The translations under genes were made by a program, and so were the position numbers. A stretch of DNA of 63,994 nucleotides, counting the filler, from Acidimicrobiia bacterium (GTDB lineage: Bacteria; Actinomycetota; Acidimicrobiia; Spongiisociales; CAZKJJ01): NCBI GenBank assembly GCA_046759765.1. It is 4 parts of 4 records of this genome, joined end to end, with 100 filler letters (N's around TTAATTAATTAA, not from the genome) between each part and the next. Parts side by side here need not be neighbours in the genome. Positions count along the whole stretch, not along the records: positions 1 to 20,495 come from JBHICV010000028.1; positions 20,596 to 40,764 come from JBHICV010000029.1; 2 more parts are not named here. One strand, 5' to 3'. Each line of letters starts with the position of its first letter. Position 1 is the stretch's first letter. Shown piece after piece: positions 10,556-21,006 of the stretch. The notes under the pieces were generated by a model, which saw only the letters and a list, made by a program, of their open reading frames with translations, had not been told where the DNA came from and did not search any database.

Positions 10556-10661
10556 CCGATGTCCCCTTCCCCGAGGTGTAGATGCTCCAACCTACCAAGG
10601 TCGCTTCCCTTGCCAAGACGAGCGAAGGGACGACAGAAGCAATCGTTGTAAATTGCCCGCC

Positions 10662-11798
10662 ATGCTTATCGGCGTTCCTTCCGAGTCCGCCTCCCGGGAG
10701 CGGCGGGTGGCACTGACACCGAGCGCCGTTGAACGCTTGACGGGTCAGGGCTACGAGGTCCTGGTCGAGAAGGGTGCGGGTGAACGAGCTCTCTTTGCCG
10801 ATGACGACTACTCCGCGGCGGGGGCCCGGGTGGTCGCTCAGCACAGTGAGGTGTGGAACGCGGATCTCGTGTGCGTCGTTGCCCGGCCTGCCCCGGCCGA
10901 GGAGTCATACCTGGGTCCGAACACCGCGCTGCTCGGTCTCCTCGAGCCCCTTGACCACCCGAAAGCGGTGCTTCGTCTCGCTCATACCGGGGCCACACTG
11001 CTCTCATTTGACCTCTTGCCGCGCACCACCCGGGCTCAGGCGATGGACGCGCTGTCATCTCAGGCAACGGCGGCCGGATATCAGGCGGTGATTGTGGCGG
11101 CCGAGCATTCGCCTCGATTCCTCCCGATGCTCACGACCGCCGCCGGCACCGTTCCCCCGGCAGGTGTTCTGGTCCTCGGCGCGGGCGTGGCCGGCCTCCA
11201 GGCAATCGCCACTGCCCGCAGGCTGGGAGCGCGGGTGAGTGGCTACGACGTAAGGGCGGCCGCGCAGGAGCAGGTCGAGAGTCTGGGCGCCGGTTTCGTG
11301 TCCCTCGATCTCGACCCTCAAGACGCGGAGGCCTCCGGCGGCTATGCCCGTGAGCTGGAGAAAGACGACCAGGCTCGACAACTAGCCCAGCTGGCTCCTT
11401 TCGTTGCGAGCGCTGATGTGGTGATTACAGCCGCCGCGATCCCCGGCCGGCGAGCCCCTTTGTTGATCACTGCCCAAATGCTCGAGGCGATGGCGCCCGG
11501 ATCGGTGGTAGTGGACCTATCCGCCTCCACCGGGGGTAACTGCGAGCTGACTAAGCCCGATGAGGTGGTTTCTTTCGCGGGAGTAACCATCCTGGGCCCC
11601 ACCGACCTGCCTTCGCGGGTGCCTACCCACGCCAGTCACCTCTACGCCCGCAATGTCACCGAACTGGTGCTATATGTCTCGACCCCGGACGGGCTCCAAC
11701 TGGATCCGAAGGATGAGATCGTGGCGGGCTGCCTGGTGGCTCAGGGAGGCGAGCTGGTGCATCCGGAAGTGTTAGCGGCGGCGGGAACGGCACTGTGA
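10662..11798 (+). CDS. pntA: NAD(P) transhydrogenase subunit alpha (domain I)
   Basis: ERRVALTP, RAQAMDALSSQ, GAGVAG, GGNCE; start at ATG 10662. Confidence 0.95.
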   Translation: MLIGVPSESASRERRVALTPSAVERLTGQGYEVLVEKGAGERALFADDDYSAAGARVVAQHSEVWNADLVCVVARPAPAEESYLGPNTALLGLLEPLDHPKAVLRLAHTGATLLSFDLLPRTTRAQAMDALSSQATAAGYQAVIVAAEHSPRFLPMLTTAAGTVPPAGVLVLGAGVAGLQAIATARRLGARVSGYDVRAAAQEQVESLGAGFVSLDLDPQDAEASGGYARELEKDDQARQLAQLAPFVASADVVITAAAIPGRRAPLLITAQMLEAMAPGSVVVDLSASTGGNCELTKPDEVVSFAGVTILGPTDLPSRVPTHASHLYARNVTELVLYVSTPDGLQLDPKDEIVAGCLVAQGGELVHPEVLAAAGTAL

Positions 11799-12079
11799 CC
11801 GTTCTCGTAGGCATCACCGTGTTCGTTCTGGCGGCCTTCGTCGGCTTCGAGGTAATAACCAAGGTCCCTCCGACGCTGCACACGCCCCTGATGTCCGGAT
11901 CCAACGCCATCTCCGGCGTCACCGTGATCGGAGCCCTGGTGATAGCAGGAGGCGCCTCGGAGACCTTGGCCGGCGCGCTCGGATTGGTGGCCCTGGTCTT
12001 CGCCACCATCAACGTGGTCGGCGGGTTCCTGGTCACGGACCGGATGTTGGAGATGTTCAGGCGTAAGGACTCCAGTTGA
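11795..12079 (+). CDS. NAD(P) transhydrogenase alpha subunit, membrane part
   Basis: LHTPLMSGSNAISG, NVVGGFLVTDRMLEMF. Confidence 0.95.
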   Translation: MTVLVGITVFVLAAFVGFEVITKVPPTLHTPLMSGSNAISGVTVIGALVIAGGASETLAGALGLVALVFATINVVGGFLVTDRMLEMFRRKDSS

Positions 12080-13446
12080 GCTCCACGCTGGCGGGCCTGC
12101 TGCTTCTGCTGGCGTCGGTTCTGTTCATTGTCGGCTTGAAACGACTGTCTTCGCCGGCAACGGCGAGGTCGGGCAATCAGGCGGCGGCAGTCGGGATGCT
12201 GATTGCCGTAGTTGTCACGCTTGTCTCCACCGAGGTTCTCACCTGGGGCCTGATCGCAGGGGGCGTGGCGGTCGGAGGCGTTATCGGAGCCGTAGCCGCT
12301 GTGCGCGTGCCAATCACTTCCATGCCGGAGCTCGTAGCCGCATTCAACGGGTTTGGTGGCGGCGCGTCTGCGCTCGTGGCGGCCGCCGAGATCCTCACAG
12401 GACCTGCTCCCACGGAAACGACCGCCGTGACGATCGTGATCTCCAGCGCCGTCGGCGCCATCACCTTCACGGGCAGCTTCGTTGCCTTCGGGAAACTACG
12501 GGGGCTCGTTCCGGGCCGGCCGCTCACCTACCCGGGTCAGATGGTCGTGGACCTGCTGCTGGCCGGCGTCGTCTTGGCCTCCGGGATCTTGGTCGTCGTC
12601 GACGGGAGCACTGCCACCTACATAGTGCTTGCCGCCTCCGCCGGCGTGCTCGGCATCAGCCGCGTTGTGCCCATTGGCGGCGCCGACATGCCCGTCGTGA
12701 TTGCGCTGTTGAATTCATTCTCGGGCATCGCCGCCGCATCAGCCGGCTTCGTGATCGAGAGCCCGGCTCTCATCATCGGTGGAGCCTTAGTTGGGGCGTC
12801 GGGTCTGATCCTGACCAGGATCATGAGCAGAGCGATGAACCGCAGCCTCGCCGACATACTATTCGGTGCGTTCGGGACGGACGAGACGGCCACGCTCGAA
12901 GGCGCCGAGGAGAAGCCGGTTCGGGCGACAACCCCCGAGGACGTGGCGATCACCCTCGGCTATGCGCGGTCTGTCATCGTGGTCCCTGGCTATGGCCTGG
13001 CGGTGGCGCAAGCTCAGCACGCCCTCAGAGAGGTAGCCGATCTCCTGGAGCAGCGCTCGGTGGACGTTCGTTACGCCATCCATCCGGTAGCGGGGCGAAT
13101 GCCGGGGCACATGAATGTGCTCCTGGCCGAAGCAGATGTCTCCTACGACCAGCTCGTCGAGATGGATGAGATCAATCGTGACTTTCCTCACACCGACGTA
13201 GCGCTGGTCGTCGGCGCCAACGATGTCGTCAACCCTTCCGCGCGAGACGACGCGACGTCCCCTATCTATGGAATGCCGATCCTCGAGGTGGATCGGGCGA
13301 ACACAGTGGTGGTGGTGAAGCGGAGCCTTTCACCCGGCTTTGCCGGCATCGACAATCCGCTGTTCTACCGGGACAATACGGTGATGCTGTTTGCTGACGC
13401 CAAAGAGGGGCTCGGTCAGGTCGGGGCGGGCGTCCGGAACCTCTGA
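12076..13446 (+). CDS. pntB: NAD(P) transhydrogenase subunit beta
   Basis: IGGADMPVVI, VPGYG, HPVAGRMPGHMNVLLAEA, GANDVVNP. Confidence 0.95.
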   Translation: MSSTLAGLLLLLASVLFIVGLKRLSSPATARSGNQAAAVGMLIAVVVTLVSTEVLTWGLIAGGVAVGGVIGAVAAVRVPITSMPELVAAFNGFGGGASALVAAAEILTGPAPTETTAVTIVISSAVGAITFTGSFVAFGKLRGLVPGRPLTYPGQMVVDLLLAGVVLASGILVVVDGSTATYIVLAASAGVLGISRVVPIGGADMPVVIALLNSFSGIAAASAGFVIESPALIIGGALVGASGLILTRIMSRAMNRSLADILFGAFGTDETATLEGAEEKPVRATTPEDVAITLGYARSVIVVPGYGLAVAQAQHALREVADLLEQRSVDVRYAIHPVAGRMPGHMNVLLAEADVSYDQLVEMDEINRDFPHTDVALVVGANDVVNPSARDDATSPIYGMPILEVDRANTVVVVKRSLSPGFAGIDNPLFYRDNTVMLFADAKEGLGQVGAGVRNL

Positions 13447-13450
13447 GTCA

Positions 13451-13786
13451 TCACCGAGGCAGGATCCTCAGCACCCATATCGTTGCAATGGTGCCCAACA
13501 GCATGGCGATGAGAAGCATCATCAGTCGTGCTGTGCTCGTGAAGAGGCTGATCGCTGCCGCCAGCGCGAGCATTATTCCGCCGAACAGGAGCATTGTCGG
13601 ACGAACGCCCAGCGCCAGGCGCGAAGAGTCGGTCGTCGTAACCCACCAAGCGACGCCGAGCAGCAGCGCGAAGGTCATCAGCTCCAAAGTGAATGGTGTC
13701 GCCCACCAGATGGCGCTGAGCGCGATGGCAGAAGTCCCGATCCCGATTCCCAGCTCTCGGGCCGCCTTACCCCAACTGCGCTCCAC
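13451..13786 (-). CDS. Small membrane protein, hypothetical
   Basis: Four hydrophobic segments; fills the gap; TAGGTT -10 just upstream of GTG. Confidence 0.6.
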   Translation of the reverse strand: MERSWGKAARELGIGIGTSAIALSAIWWATPFTLELMTFALLLGVAWWVTTTDSSRLALGVRPTMLLFGGIMLALAAAISLFTSTARLMMLLIAMLLGTIATIWVLRILPR

Positions 13787-13818
13787 GGCCGAAACCTAGC
13801 TCCTAGCCTCGAGCGGGG

Positions 13819-14424
13819 ATGGAGTTCCGAAAAGTGATCCGCCGGCGGCGAATGGTCCGTAACTACACGCAGGAGGCCGTAGGTACCGAGTCGTTGGAGC
13901 GCATCGTGGATGCGGGACGCCGGGCGCCCTCGGCCGGTTTCACGCAGGGACAATCCTTCGTCGTTGTTACCGATGAATCTCTTCGCCACTCGATCGCCGA
14001 GCTGGCAGATGAAGCCGCATATGCACAGGCCGGCTTCGACCCCTGGATCTCTCGCGCACCGGCTCACATAGTCGTGTGTGTCAGCGAGGAGGCCTACCAC
14101 CGTCGCTATCGCGAGCCCGACAAGTTGCAGGAAGACGGTAGCGAGATTGACTGGCCAATCCCTTTCTGGTGGATAGACGCGGGAGCCTCGATGATGGCCA
14201 TCCTGTTGGCCGCCGTGGATGAAGGATTGGCCGCGGGTTTCCTCGGGACGCACGCTGTGTCGGGATTGCAGGATCTGCTCGCTATCCCGGCTGAGGTAAC
14301 GCCGATCGGCATCGTTACCGTCGGGCACCCCGCTCCCGACCGGCGATCCGGCTCACTGAGGCGCGGCTGGCGCCCCGATGCCGAAGTGCTCCACTGGAAC
14401 CGCTGGCAGTCAACTACTCCTTGA
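13819..14424 (+). CDS. Nitroreductase family protein
   Basis: RRRMVRNY, RAPSAG, DAG...LLAAVDEGL. Confidence 0.9.
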   Translation: MEFRKVIRRRRMVRNYTQEAVGTESLERIVDAGRRAPSAGFTQGQSFVVVTDESLRHSIAELADEAAYAQAGFDPWISRAPAHIVVCVSEEAYHRRYREPDKLQEDGSEIDWPIPFWWIDAGASMMAILLAAVDEGLAAGFLGTHAVSGLQDLLAIPAEVTPIGIVTVGHPAPDRRSGSLRRGWRPDAEVLHWNRWQSTTP

Positions 14425-14436
14425 AGCCTTGGTCCC

Positions 14437-15237
14437 GTGGCGAAGATCAGCTCCAGCACCAACCCGCGGGTCAAGGCGCTGGTCCGCCTCCGTTCCAGAC
14501 GGGAGCGTGATCGCTCCGGCCGCTTTCTCATCGAGGGCCATCGGGAGTTGAGCCGTGCGGTCGAGGCCGGCCAGCCGATCGAAGAGGTGTACTTCGCTCC
14601 GGATCTTTTCCGAGAGGTCGACGAGTCATTGCTGCTGGAGCGGACCGAGGCCCAAGGAGCGCGCCTCTTCGAGCTCACCGAAGCTCCCTTCCGCAAGGTC
14701 TCCTACCGCGGCCGGCCGGACGGTTTGCTGGCCGTCGCGCCTCAGTTCCAGACCGGTCTCGCGCGTCTAGCGCCAGGAACCAACCCATTGCTTCTGGCCG
14801 TCGAGGCGATAGAAAAGCCCGGCAATCTGGGGACAATGCTCCGAACCGCCGACGCCGTCGGTGCTGACTCGGTCATCGTCTGTGACCCAACCACCGATCT
14901 GTTCAACCCCAATGTCGTTCGCGCCTCGCTGGGAGCTCTGTTCACGGTCCCGGTCGCCGTCGTAACAACCAACGAGGCTCTTTCTTGGCTGAGGTCCGCC
15001 GACGTGAAAACCTATGCCGCCACGCCCACGGCGGAGCTCGCTTACTACGACGCCGACTATTCGGGTCCATCGGCAGTCGTCGTCGGAAGCGAGCAGCTGG
15101 GTCTGTCCGATGACTGGTTGGCCGGGTCCACCGCGCGGCTTCGTATCCCGATGAGCGGGCGCATCGACTCGCTCAACTCGGCTATGGCCGCCGGGATTCT
15201 TCTCTTTGAAGCCGCCCGCCAGCGAGCCGAGTCCTGA
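14437..15237 (+). CDS. TrmH/SpoU family RNA methyltransferase
   Basis: EKPGNLGTMLRTADA, GSEQLGL, IPMSGRIDSLN SPOUT motifs. Confidence 0.92.
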   Translation: MAKISSSTNPRVKALVRLRSRRERDRSGRFLIEGHRELSRAVEAGQPIEEVYFAPDLFREVDESLLLERTEAQGARLFELTEAPFRKVSYRGRPDGLLAVAPQFQTGLARLAPGTNPLLLAVEAIEKPGNLGTMLRTADAVGADSVIVCDPTTDLFNPNVVRASLGALFTVPVAVVTTNEALSWLRSADVKTYAATPTAELAYYDADYSGPSAVVVGSEQLGLSDDWLAGSTARLRIPMSGRIDSLNSAMAAGILLFEAARQRAES

Positions 15238-15247
15238 ACTCCGGTCG

Positions 15248-15277
15248 TTGACATCGAACGTATGTTCGATATAGCTT
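15248..15277 (+). promoter_or_regulatory. Sigma-A promoter with LexA (SOS) box in the spacer
   Basis: TTGACA (15248-53), TCGAAC-GTAT-GTTCGA (15254-69) matching the actinobacterial SOS box, TAGCTT (15272-77), GTG 6 nt later. Confidence 0.88.
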
Positions 15278-15283
15278 GGCTCG

Positions 15284-16900
15284 GTGGTCCAGCGAAGCTT
15301 CGAGGAGCTGGGAGCCCCTCTCCACGAGGTCCCCTTCTGCGTCGTGGACCTCGAAACCACGGGCGGCGCTGCGAGCCGGGACGCCATAACGGAGATAGGT
15401 GCGCTGCGATATCAGGCCGGCGAGCTGCAGGGCACCTTTCACACACTCGTCAACCCGAATCGCCAGATTCCCGCCACGATCACGATCCTCACCGGAATTA
15501 CCCACGCGATGGTGGTCGAGGCACCCCCGATCGCAGAGGTGCTACCGACCTTCTTCGAGTTCCTGTCCGATGCCGTTGTCGTAGGCCACAACGTTCGCTT
15601 CGACCTCGGCTTTCTCAACACGGCAGCCGAAGAGCTGGGATACGGCCGGCTTCCTAACCGGGCGGTCGACACCCTGGGCTTGGCTCGCCGGCTCCTGGCG
15701 GGTGAGGTGCGACGTCTGAGCCTGTCCAGCTTGGCAGCACACTTTCGCTCCCCGCAGGAACCAACCCACCGAGCCCTTGACGATGCGCATGCCACCGCCC
15801 ATGTCTTCCACGGGTTGCTCGAACGCGCCGGCACGATTGGTGTCACGGCGCTCGAGGACCTCCTGCAGTTGCCCACTGCCCGTGGCTCACCTCACTATCA
15901 GAAGATCTCGTTGACCGAGTTGCTTCCCCGCCGGGCCGGCGTCTACGAGTTCCTCGATCGCAACGACGAGGTGTTCTATGTGGGCAAGGCGAAGAACCTG
16001 CGGACGAGAGTCCGCTCGTACTTCTACGGCGATGGTCGCCGGAGCGTCACGAACATGCTGCGAGAGCTGCGAAGGATCGAGCACCGTGTCTGCGAGACCG
16101 AGCTCGAAGCCTCGGTCACTGAGCTGCGGCTCATTCAGTCTCACCGGCCGAGGTTCAACGTGAGGTCCAAACCGCCACGGAGCGTTCACTACGTGAAGTT
16201 GACCGACGAGACCTTTCCTCGGCTCTCCTTGGCCAGGAAAGTCCGTGACCAATGCCTCTATCTCGGCCCTTTCCGGTCGCGCCGTGCCGCCGAGCAGGTT
16301 CAACTCGCACTCTGGGATGCTTTGCCGATTCGGCGCTGCCGCGGAAAGGCGCGCTCGCGATCCGGTCCGTGCCAGTTCGCGCAGCTGGGCGTTGCCTACT
16401 GTCCGTGCGACGGCAGCTTGGCGGCGGAGGAATACGGGCACGTCGTGGGCAAGCTGCGCGAAGGAATCGAAACCTGGCCCGCTGTGCTCCTCGATCCTCT
16501 CGCGGCGCGAATGTCGGCGCTGGCCGGAGAGCAGCGTTTCGAGGAAGCCGCTTGGGCACGCGACCGCTACCGGGCGCTTGCCCGAGCGATCGAGCGCAGA
16601 CGCGCCTGGCGGACGCTGATCGAAGCCGGCCTCCTCCGCTTGGAGCGTCGCTCTGGTGAGGGAGCGCTCGTTGACCGTGCTCGGCTGGTCGCGAGCTGGG
16701 CCGACGGGAACCGTCCTCCTCTCTTGCCGGTCGAGCCCGACGACGAGGAAGGGTCGCAGGTACCGCTCACATGGGGAGCGGCCGAGGAGGCCGAACTCAT
16801 CTGGCGGTGGTTGACGGGCGAGCAGGCAACAGTTGTCGATGCGACGGGTGTTGTCGCCCATCCGATCGGGTCGATACCCGACCTCCAACTCGCCGGCTAG
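15284..16900 (+). CDS. DEDD 3'-5' exonuclease fused to GIY-YIG/UvrC-like endonuclease (Rv2191/Cho-like)
   Basis: DLETTG, GHNVRFD, HRALDDA; GVYEF...YVGKAKNLRTRVRSYF; Cys cluster; UVR-like FEEAA..RDR. Confidence 0.88.
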   Translation: MVQRSFEELGAPLHEVPFCVVDLETTGGAASRDAITEIGALRYQAGELQGTFHTLVNPNRQIPATITILTGITHAMVVEAPPIAEVLPTFFEFLSDAVVVGHNVRFDLGFLNTAAEELGYGRLPNRAVDTLGLARRLLAGEVRRLSLSSLAAHFRSPQEPTHRALDDAHATAHVFHGLLERAGTIGVTALEDLLQLPTARGSPHYQKISLTELLPRRAGVYEFLDRNDEVFYVGKAKNLRTRVRSYFYGDGRRSVTNMLRELRRIEHRVCETELEASVTELRLIQSHRPRFNVRSKPPRSVHYVKLTDETFPRLSLARKVRDQCLYLGPFRSRRAAEQVQLALWDALPIRRCRGKARSRSGPCQFAQLGVAYCPCDGSLAAEEYGHVVGKLREGIETWPAVLLDPLAARMSALAGEQRFEEAAWARDRYRALARAIERRRAWRTLIEAGLLRLERRSGEGALVDRARLVASWADGNRPPLLPVEPDDEEGSQVPLTWGAAEEAELIWRWLTGEQATVVDATGVVAHPIGSIPDLQLAG

Positions 16901-16950
16901 TAATCGCGGGCGACTCCCAGTTACTAGATTCCTTCCGCCGAGGGAGGGCG

Positions 16951-18661
16951 ATGTATTCCGTCGATGAGCTGACGGGCTGGCGCCGATACGTACCGGCGGC
17001 TGCCTGGCTGCCGGACTACGACCGGTCCTGGCTGAGCGGCGATCTCATCGCCGCCCTCACTGTCTGGGCGCTGTTGGTGCCCGAAGCCATGGCCTACGCC
17101 TCGCTTGCCGGCATGCCCCCCCGAAACGGGCCTCTACACCGCCTTGGTCGCACCTTTCGCCTACGCGATCTTCGGTACCTCGCGCCAACTGAATGTCGGG
17201 CCGAGCTCGACGGTCGCCGTCATGTCGCTGGCCGTGGTAACTCCCCTTGCTGTGAGCGATCCCGATCGCTTCGTGGAGCTGACGACGGCACTCGCCATTC
17301 TGGTTGGCGTCATATTCGTCATCGCGGGATTCCTACGTCTGGGCTTCATCGCCGACTTCATGTCCAAGCCCGTGCTCGACGGGTTCATTGTGGGGCTGGC
17401 CCTCACCATCGCCGCCGGCCAGCTCCACAAGCTGTTCGGGTTCGAAACCGACTCGGAGAACTTCTTCGAAGATATCTGGGAGATCATCACCAACCTCGAC
17501 ATGACCAATGGGTGGACGCTGGCGGTCGGGATCGCGAGCCTTTCCTTGCTCTTCGGGATGGAGAGGTTGGTTCCCCGCATCCCCGCGGCGCTGGTGGTGA
17601 CCGTTCTATCGATCCTGGCGGTGACCGCACTCGACCTCGAGGCCAAAGGGGTACACGTAATCGGCGAGATACCCAGTGGTCTGCCGTTGCCCGGCTTGCC
17701 CTCGGACCTCACCGTCGACGATTGGGTCGCACTGATTCCAGGAGGCCTAGGAGTCTTCATTGTCGCATTCGCGGAATCGGTAGCGGCTGCTCGAACCTAC
17801 GCCAACAAGCACAAGTACTCGATAAGCCCCGACCAGGAGATGGTGGCTCTAGGCGCTTCGAACGCGGCCGCCGGGTTCTTTGGTGGCTTTGTAGTCGACG
17901 GGAGCCTCTCCAAGTCGGCTGCGGCCGATCAGGCGGGGCAGAAGACGCAAATGGCGTCCTTCGTGCTCACGGCCGCCGTGTTCATCACCATCCTCTTCTT
18001 GACCGGCCTGTTCGCGAACCTGGCGGAGGCGACCCTCGGTGCGATCGTGATCCACGCCGTGTGGCACCTCATCGACTTTGGAAAGATCGCCCGCTACCTC
18101 AAGGTACGGAAGGACGACTTCTGGGCAGGCTTGGCTGCCATGCTGGGCGTTCTGGTCTTTGACATTCTCGCCGGCCTGGCCATTGCAGTGGGCGTGTCGA
18201 TTGTGTTCCTGGTCGCGCGTGCCAGCCGGCCGCACTCGGCGATCCTGGGCCGCGTCCGGGACGAAGAATCGGACGACATCGCCTTCCAGAGCCTCGAGAA
18301 CCACCCCCAGGCTGAGACCTTCCCGGGGCTCATCATTTTCCGGTTCGATGCCGACCTCTTCTTCGCCAACGCCAACGTACTCAAAGAGGCAGTTAGAGAT
18401 GCCATCGCCAGTACCGAACCGACGCCCCGGGTGGTACTGATCGATGCCGAGACCATCTTTGACGTCGATTCGACCGCGTTGGCAGCAATGGCCGAGCTGG
18501 TGGAAGAACTCGGGGCCGAAGGCATCGAGATCTGGATGGCACGCGTGAAGGATCACTTGGTCGAGATGCTCGAGCGGGCCGACGCAATCCGGCCAGTGCA
18601 CTTCGAGAGGCTCTTCCCGAGCGTACGCGCCGCGGTCGAGGCTTTTACCCGCGAGGCCTGA
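16951..18661 (+). pseudogene. SulP family anion transporter with STAS domain, +1 frameshift in a C7 run (17116-17122)
   Basis: N-terminus (GDLIAALTVWALLVPEAMAYASLAGMPP) is in one frame and continues as ETGLYTA...FGTSRQLNVGP in another; STAS FRFDADLFFAN. Confidence 0.85.
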
Positions 18662-18662
18662 G

Positions 18663-19958
18663 GTGTCGGACTTCGGCCTCGCACTAGTAGCGCTCAGCTT
18701 TGTCCTTTACGCGCTGATCTCCAGGAGGCTCAGTCGTAGCCCGATTACGGGCCCGATGATTTTCGTGGTGGCCGGCATCTTGATCGGTCCCGGCTCGCTC
18801 GATGCCCTCGACGTTTCCGTCGCGTCGCAGGGCATCGGCCTCCTGTTGGAGTTCGCCCTGGTCGTAGTCCTGTTCACAGACGCGGTGGCGATCGACCTTC
18901 GGGCACTTAGGCAGGAGTCCTTCGTGCCCGGCCGGCTGCTCGGTATCGGCCTCCCACTTACCGTCGCCGCCGGACTCGGCACGGCACTTTTGCTGTTCAC
19001 CGGTCTTGGGTTCTGGGAAGCGGCCGTGCTGGCGGTGGTGCTGGCGCCAACCGACGCCGCGCTCGGCCAAGCAGTGGTGACCAACCGCCGCGTTCCCCGT
19101 CTGGTCAGACAAGGACTCAATATCGAGAGTGGACTGAACGATGGGCTGGCAGTTCCCGTTCTCACGGTCTTCCTTGCTCAAGCGCAGATCGACGCGGGTC
19201 TGATGAGCGAGGCCGAGATCGGGAGGGTCTTCTTGGAGGAGATCGGAATAGCCGCGGTCATCGGCACCGGGGTCGGTTACCTGGGTGGAAAGGCGGTCGT
19301 GTTTTCGAGCCATAAGGGATGGATGGGGCCGATCTGGCGCGGCCTGTCGGTTACCGCGCTCGCGCTGCTTTGCTTTGGGGTCGCCGACCCTTTGGGCGGT
19401 AGTGGTTTCATTGCCGCCTTTGTGGGAGGGGTCACCTTCGGCGCCGTTGCCCGGAGCGCTTATCCCGATGTCGGCGATCATGCCGAGGGGGTTGCCCACT
19501 TGCTAACGATGCTGTCTTTCTTCGTCTTTGGGGCGCTCATGCTGGGGCCATCGCTTTCGGAACTCGATGCCAGCGTGGCCGTCTACGCGGTGCTGTCCTT
19601 GAGCTTGGTAAGGCTCATACCGGTGAGGATCGCCATGATCAGATCGGACGTGCGGCCCAGGACCGTCGGCTATCTCGGGTGGTTCGGGCCTCGCGGCCTC
19701 GCCTCCCTTGTCTTTGCGGTAACGATCGTCCTCGACTCTGGACTCCCGAACACAGACCTGATCATCCTGATCTTGACCGCGACAGTGGGGCTGAGCGTGT
19801 TTGCGCACGGTGCGACCGCTTGGCCGGCCTCGGTTCGATATGCGGACTGGTATGAGGGCCAGGAGGCTGAGCAGGACGAGATGATGGAATCGGCGGCCGT
19901 GGCTCACATGGGAGAACGCCGTCGAGTTCATCCCCATTGGGAGAGGGAAGCGGGTTAG
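18663..19958 (+). CDS. CPA1 family cation:proton antiporter (NhaP-like)
   Basis: LAPTDAALG, NIESGLNDG, WFGPRGLAS. Confidence 0.9.
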   Translation: MSDFGLALVALSFVLYALISRRLSRSPITGPMIFVVAGILIGPGSLDALDVSVASQGIGLLLEFALVVVLFTDAVAIDLRALRQESFVPGRLLGIGLPLTVAAGLGTALLLFTGLGFWEAAVLAVVLAPTDAALGQAVVTNRRVPRLVRQGLNIESGLNDGLAVPVLTVFLAQAQIDAGLMSEAEIGRVFLEEIGIAAVIGTGVGYLGGKAVVFSSHKGWMGPIWRGLSVTALALLCFGVADPLGGSGFIAAFVGGVTFGAVARSAYPDVGDHAEGVAHLLTMLSFFVFGALMLGPSLSELDASVAVYAVLSLSLVRLIPVRIAMIRSDVRPRTVGYLGWFGPRGLASLVFAVTIVLDSGLPNTDLIILILTATVGLSVFAHGATAWPASVRYADWYEGQEAEQDEMMESAAVAHMGERRRVHPHWEREAG

Positions 19959-20017
19959 GAGCCCCGGTGGTTTCCACTTCTTCTCAGGCCCTCTCGACAG
20001 TTCCTACCATTTGAACA

Positions 20018-20495
20018 GTGCGTTTCGTTGTGCGTGAAGGGCGCGATCCAGTAGCCGGGGCCGACCGGGTAATGCTCGCCGCGATGGGCTTGCCCGGCGG
20101 TGGAATCATCGAGATCGGTGATACCCACGTGCTGGTGACGCCGCGCCAAACCACGGAGCCGTCGGCCCTTCTGCTGGGACCTCAGTCGATGACCAACGCC
20201 GGGCTCGAGCCGGGTGCTGCCGCCGAGGGTCGTCGAAAGGTGCTCGGACCTGCGTCACGGATCGTCGTCGCGAGCGACTCGCTTCCGGTCGACGCCGGAC
20301 AGCTGGTCCGGGCGCTTCAGGGCCGCCCTATGACCTCTGGTGATCGTGTCACCATCGATCCTGCTTTTCTGGACGGCGACGAGGAGATGACGCTTGTCAT
20401 CGCCGAGGTCACGCCCCCCGCGGAAGTAGTTGGTGCCCGTACTCGATTCGTCACCGAGGACACGGCGGCCGAGGTGGCCGCCGAGCCAACCGCCC
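20018..20495 (+). CDS. Probable Cdc48-like AAA ATPase N-terminal region (truncated at contig end)
   Basis: Pattern resembling the Cdc48 N-domain (AAMGL..GG..., NAGL, RALQGRPMTSGDRV); ATPase part not visible. Confidence 0.5.
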
Positions 20496-20595
20496 NNNNN
20501 NNNNNNNNNNNNNNNNNNNNNNNNNNNNNNNNNNNNNNNTTAATTAATTAANNNNNNNNNNNNNNNNNNNNNNNNNNNNNNNNNNNNNNNNNNNN
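20496..20595. other. Artificial contig linker
   Basis: N44-TTAATTAATTAA-N44 (stop codons in all six frames). Confidence 0.98.
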
Positions 20596-21000
20596 GTTGG
20601 CGACCTCCAAGTGGTTGTGCGTCTTGGAACCCTCGGCCCAGTAGAGGATCGTGCCTGCCACCCAGAACGGGTCGTTTAGATGATCCAAAGCGAAGGCTCG
20701 AGCATCCCGTCTGATTGCCTCGATCTCCAGCCGGCGCTTGCGCTGTGTGTCCACCGGGATCCCTGTTCGCACTCCGGGCGGACGCCGCACTCGGATCGCC
20801 TCCACCTGCTCCTCCGTCAGTCGGATCTCCCGGCACCAGTAGCTCAGCGTGCCCTTGGGGACCGGAATGAGCTCGCGAATCTCCGAGTACGTCCAGCCCA
20901 GCTGGCGAAGGGCGCGGCCCAGCTCCGCCCGTTCCCAGCGGTGGAGCTCGTCCCACTGCTGGGCGCGCGCCAACATCTCGGGGGAAGCAGGAGGTTTCAT
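20596..21000 (-). CDS. HTH protein with LAGLIDADG-like motif (3' truncated)
   Basis: LRQLGWTYSEI...VPKGTLSYW HTH, then AGTILYWAEGSK...EVAN. Confidence 0.6.
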
Positions 21001-21006
21001 GACCCG

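Noticed and set aside
16771..18162. 463-aa ORF as a separate gene
   Set aside because: Only its 16951-17120 part is real (SulP N-terminus); the rest is out-of-frame read-through.
20540..20551. TTAATTAATTAA palindrome (also in the other two gaps)
   Set aside because: Artificial six-frame stop linker within N runs; not biological.
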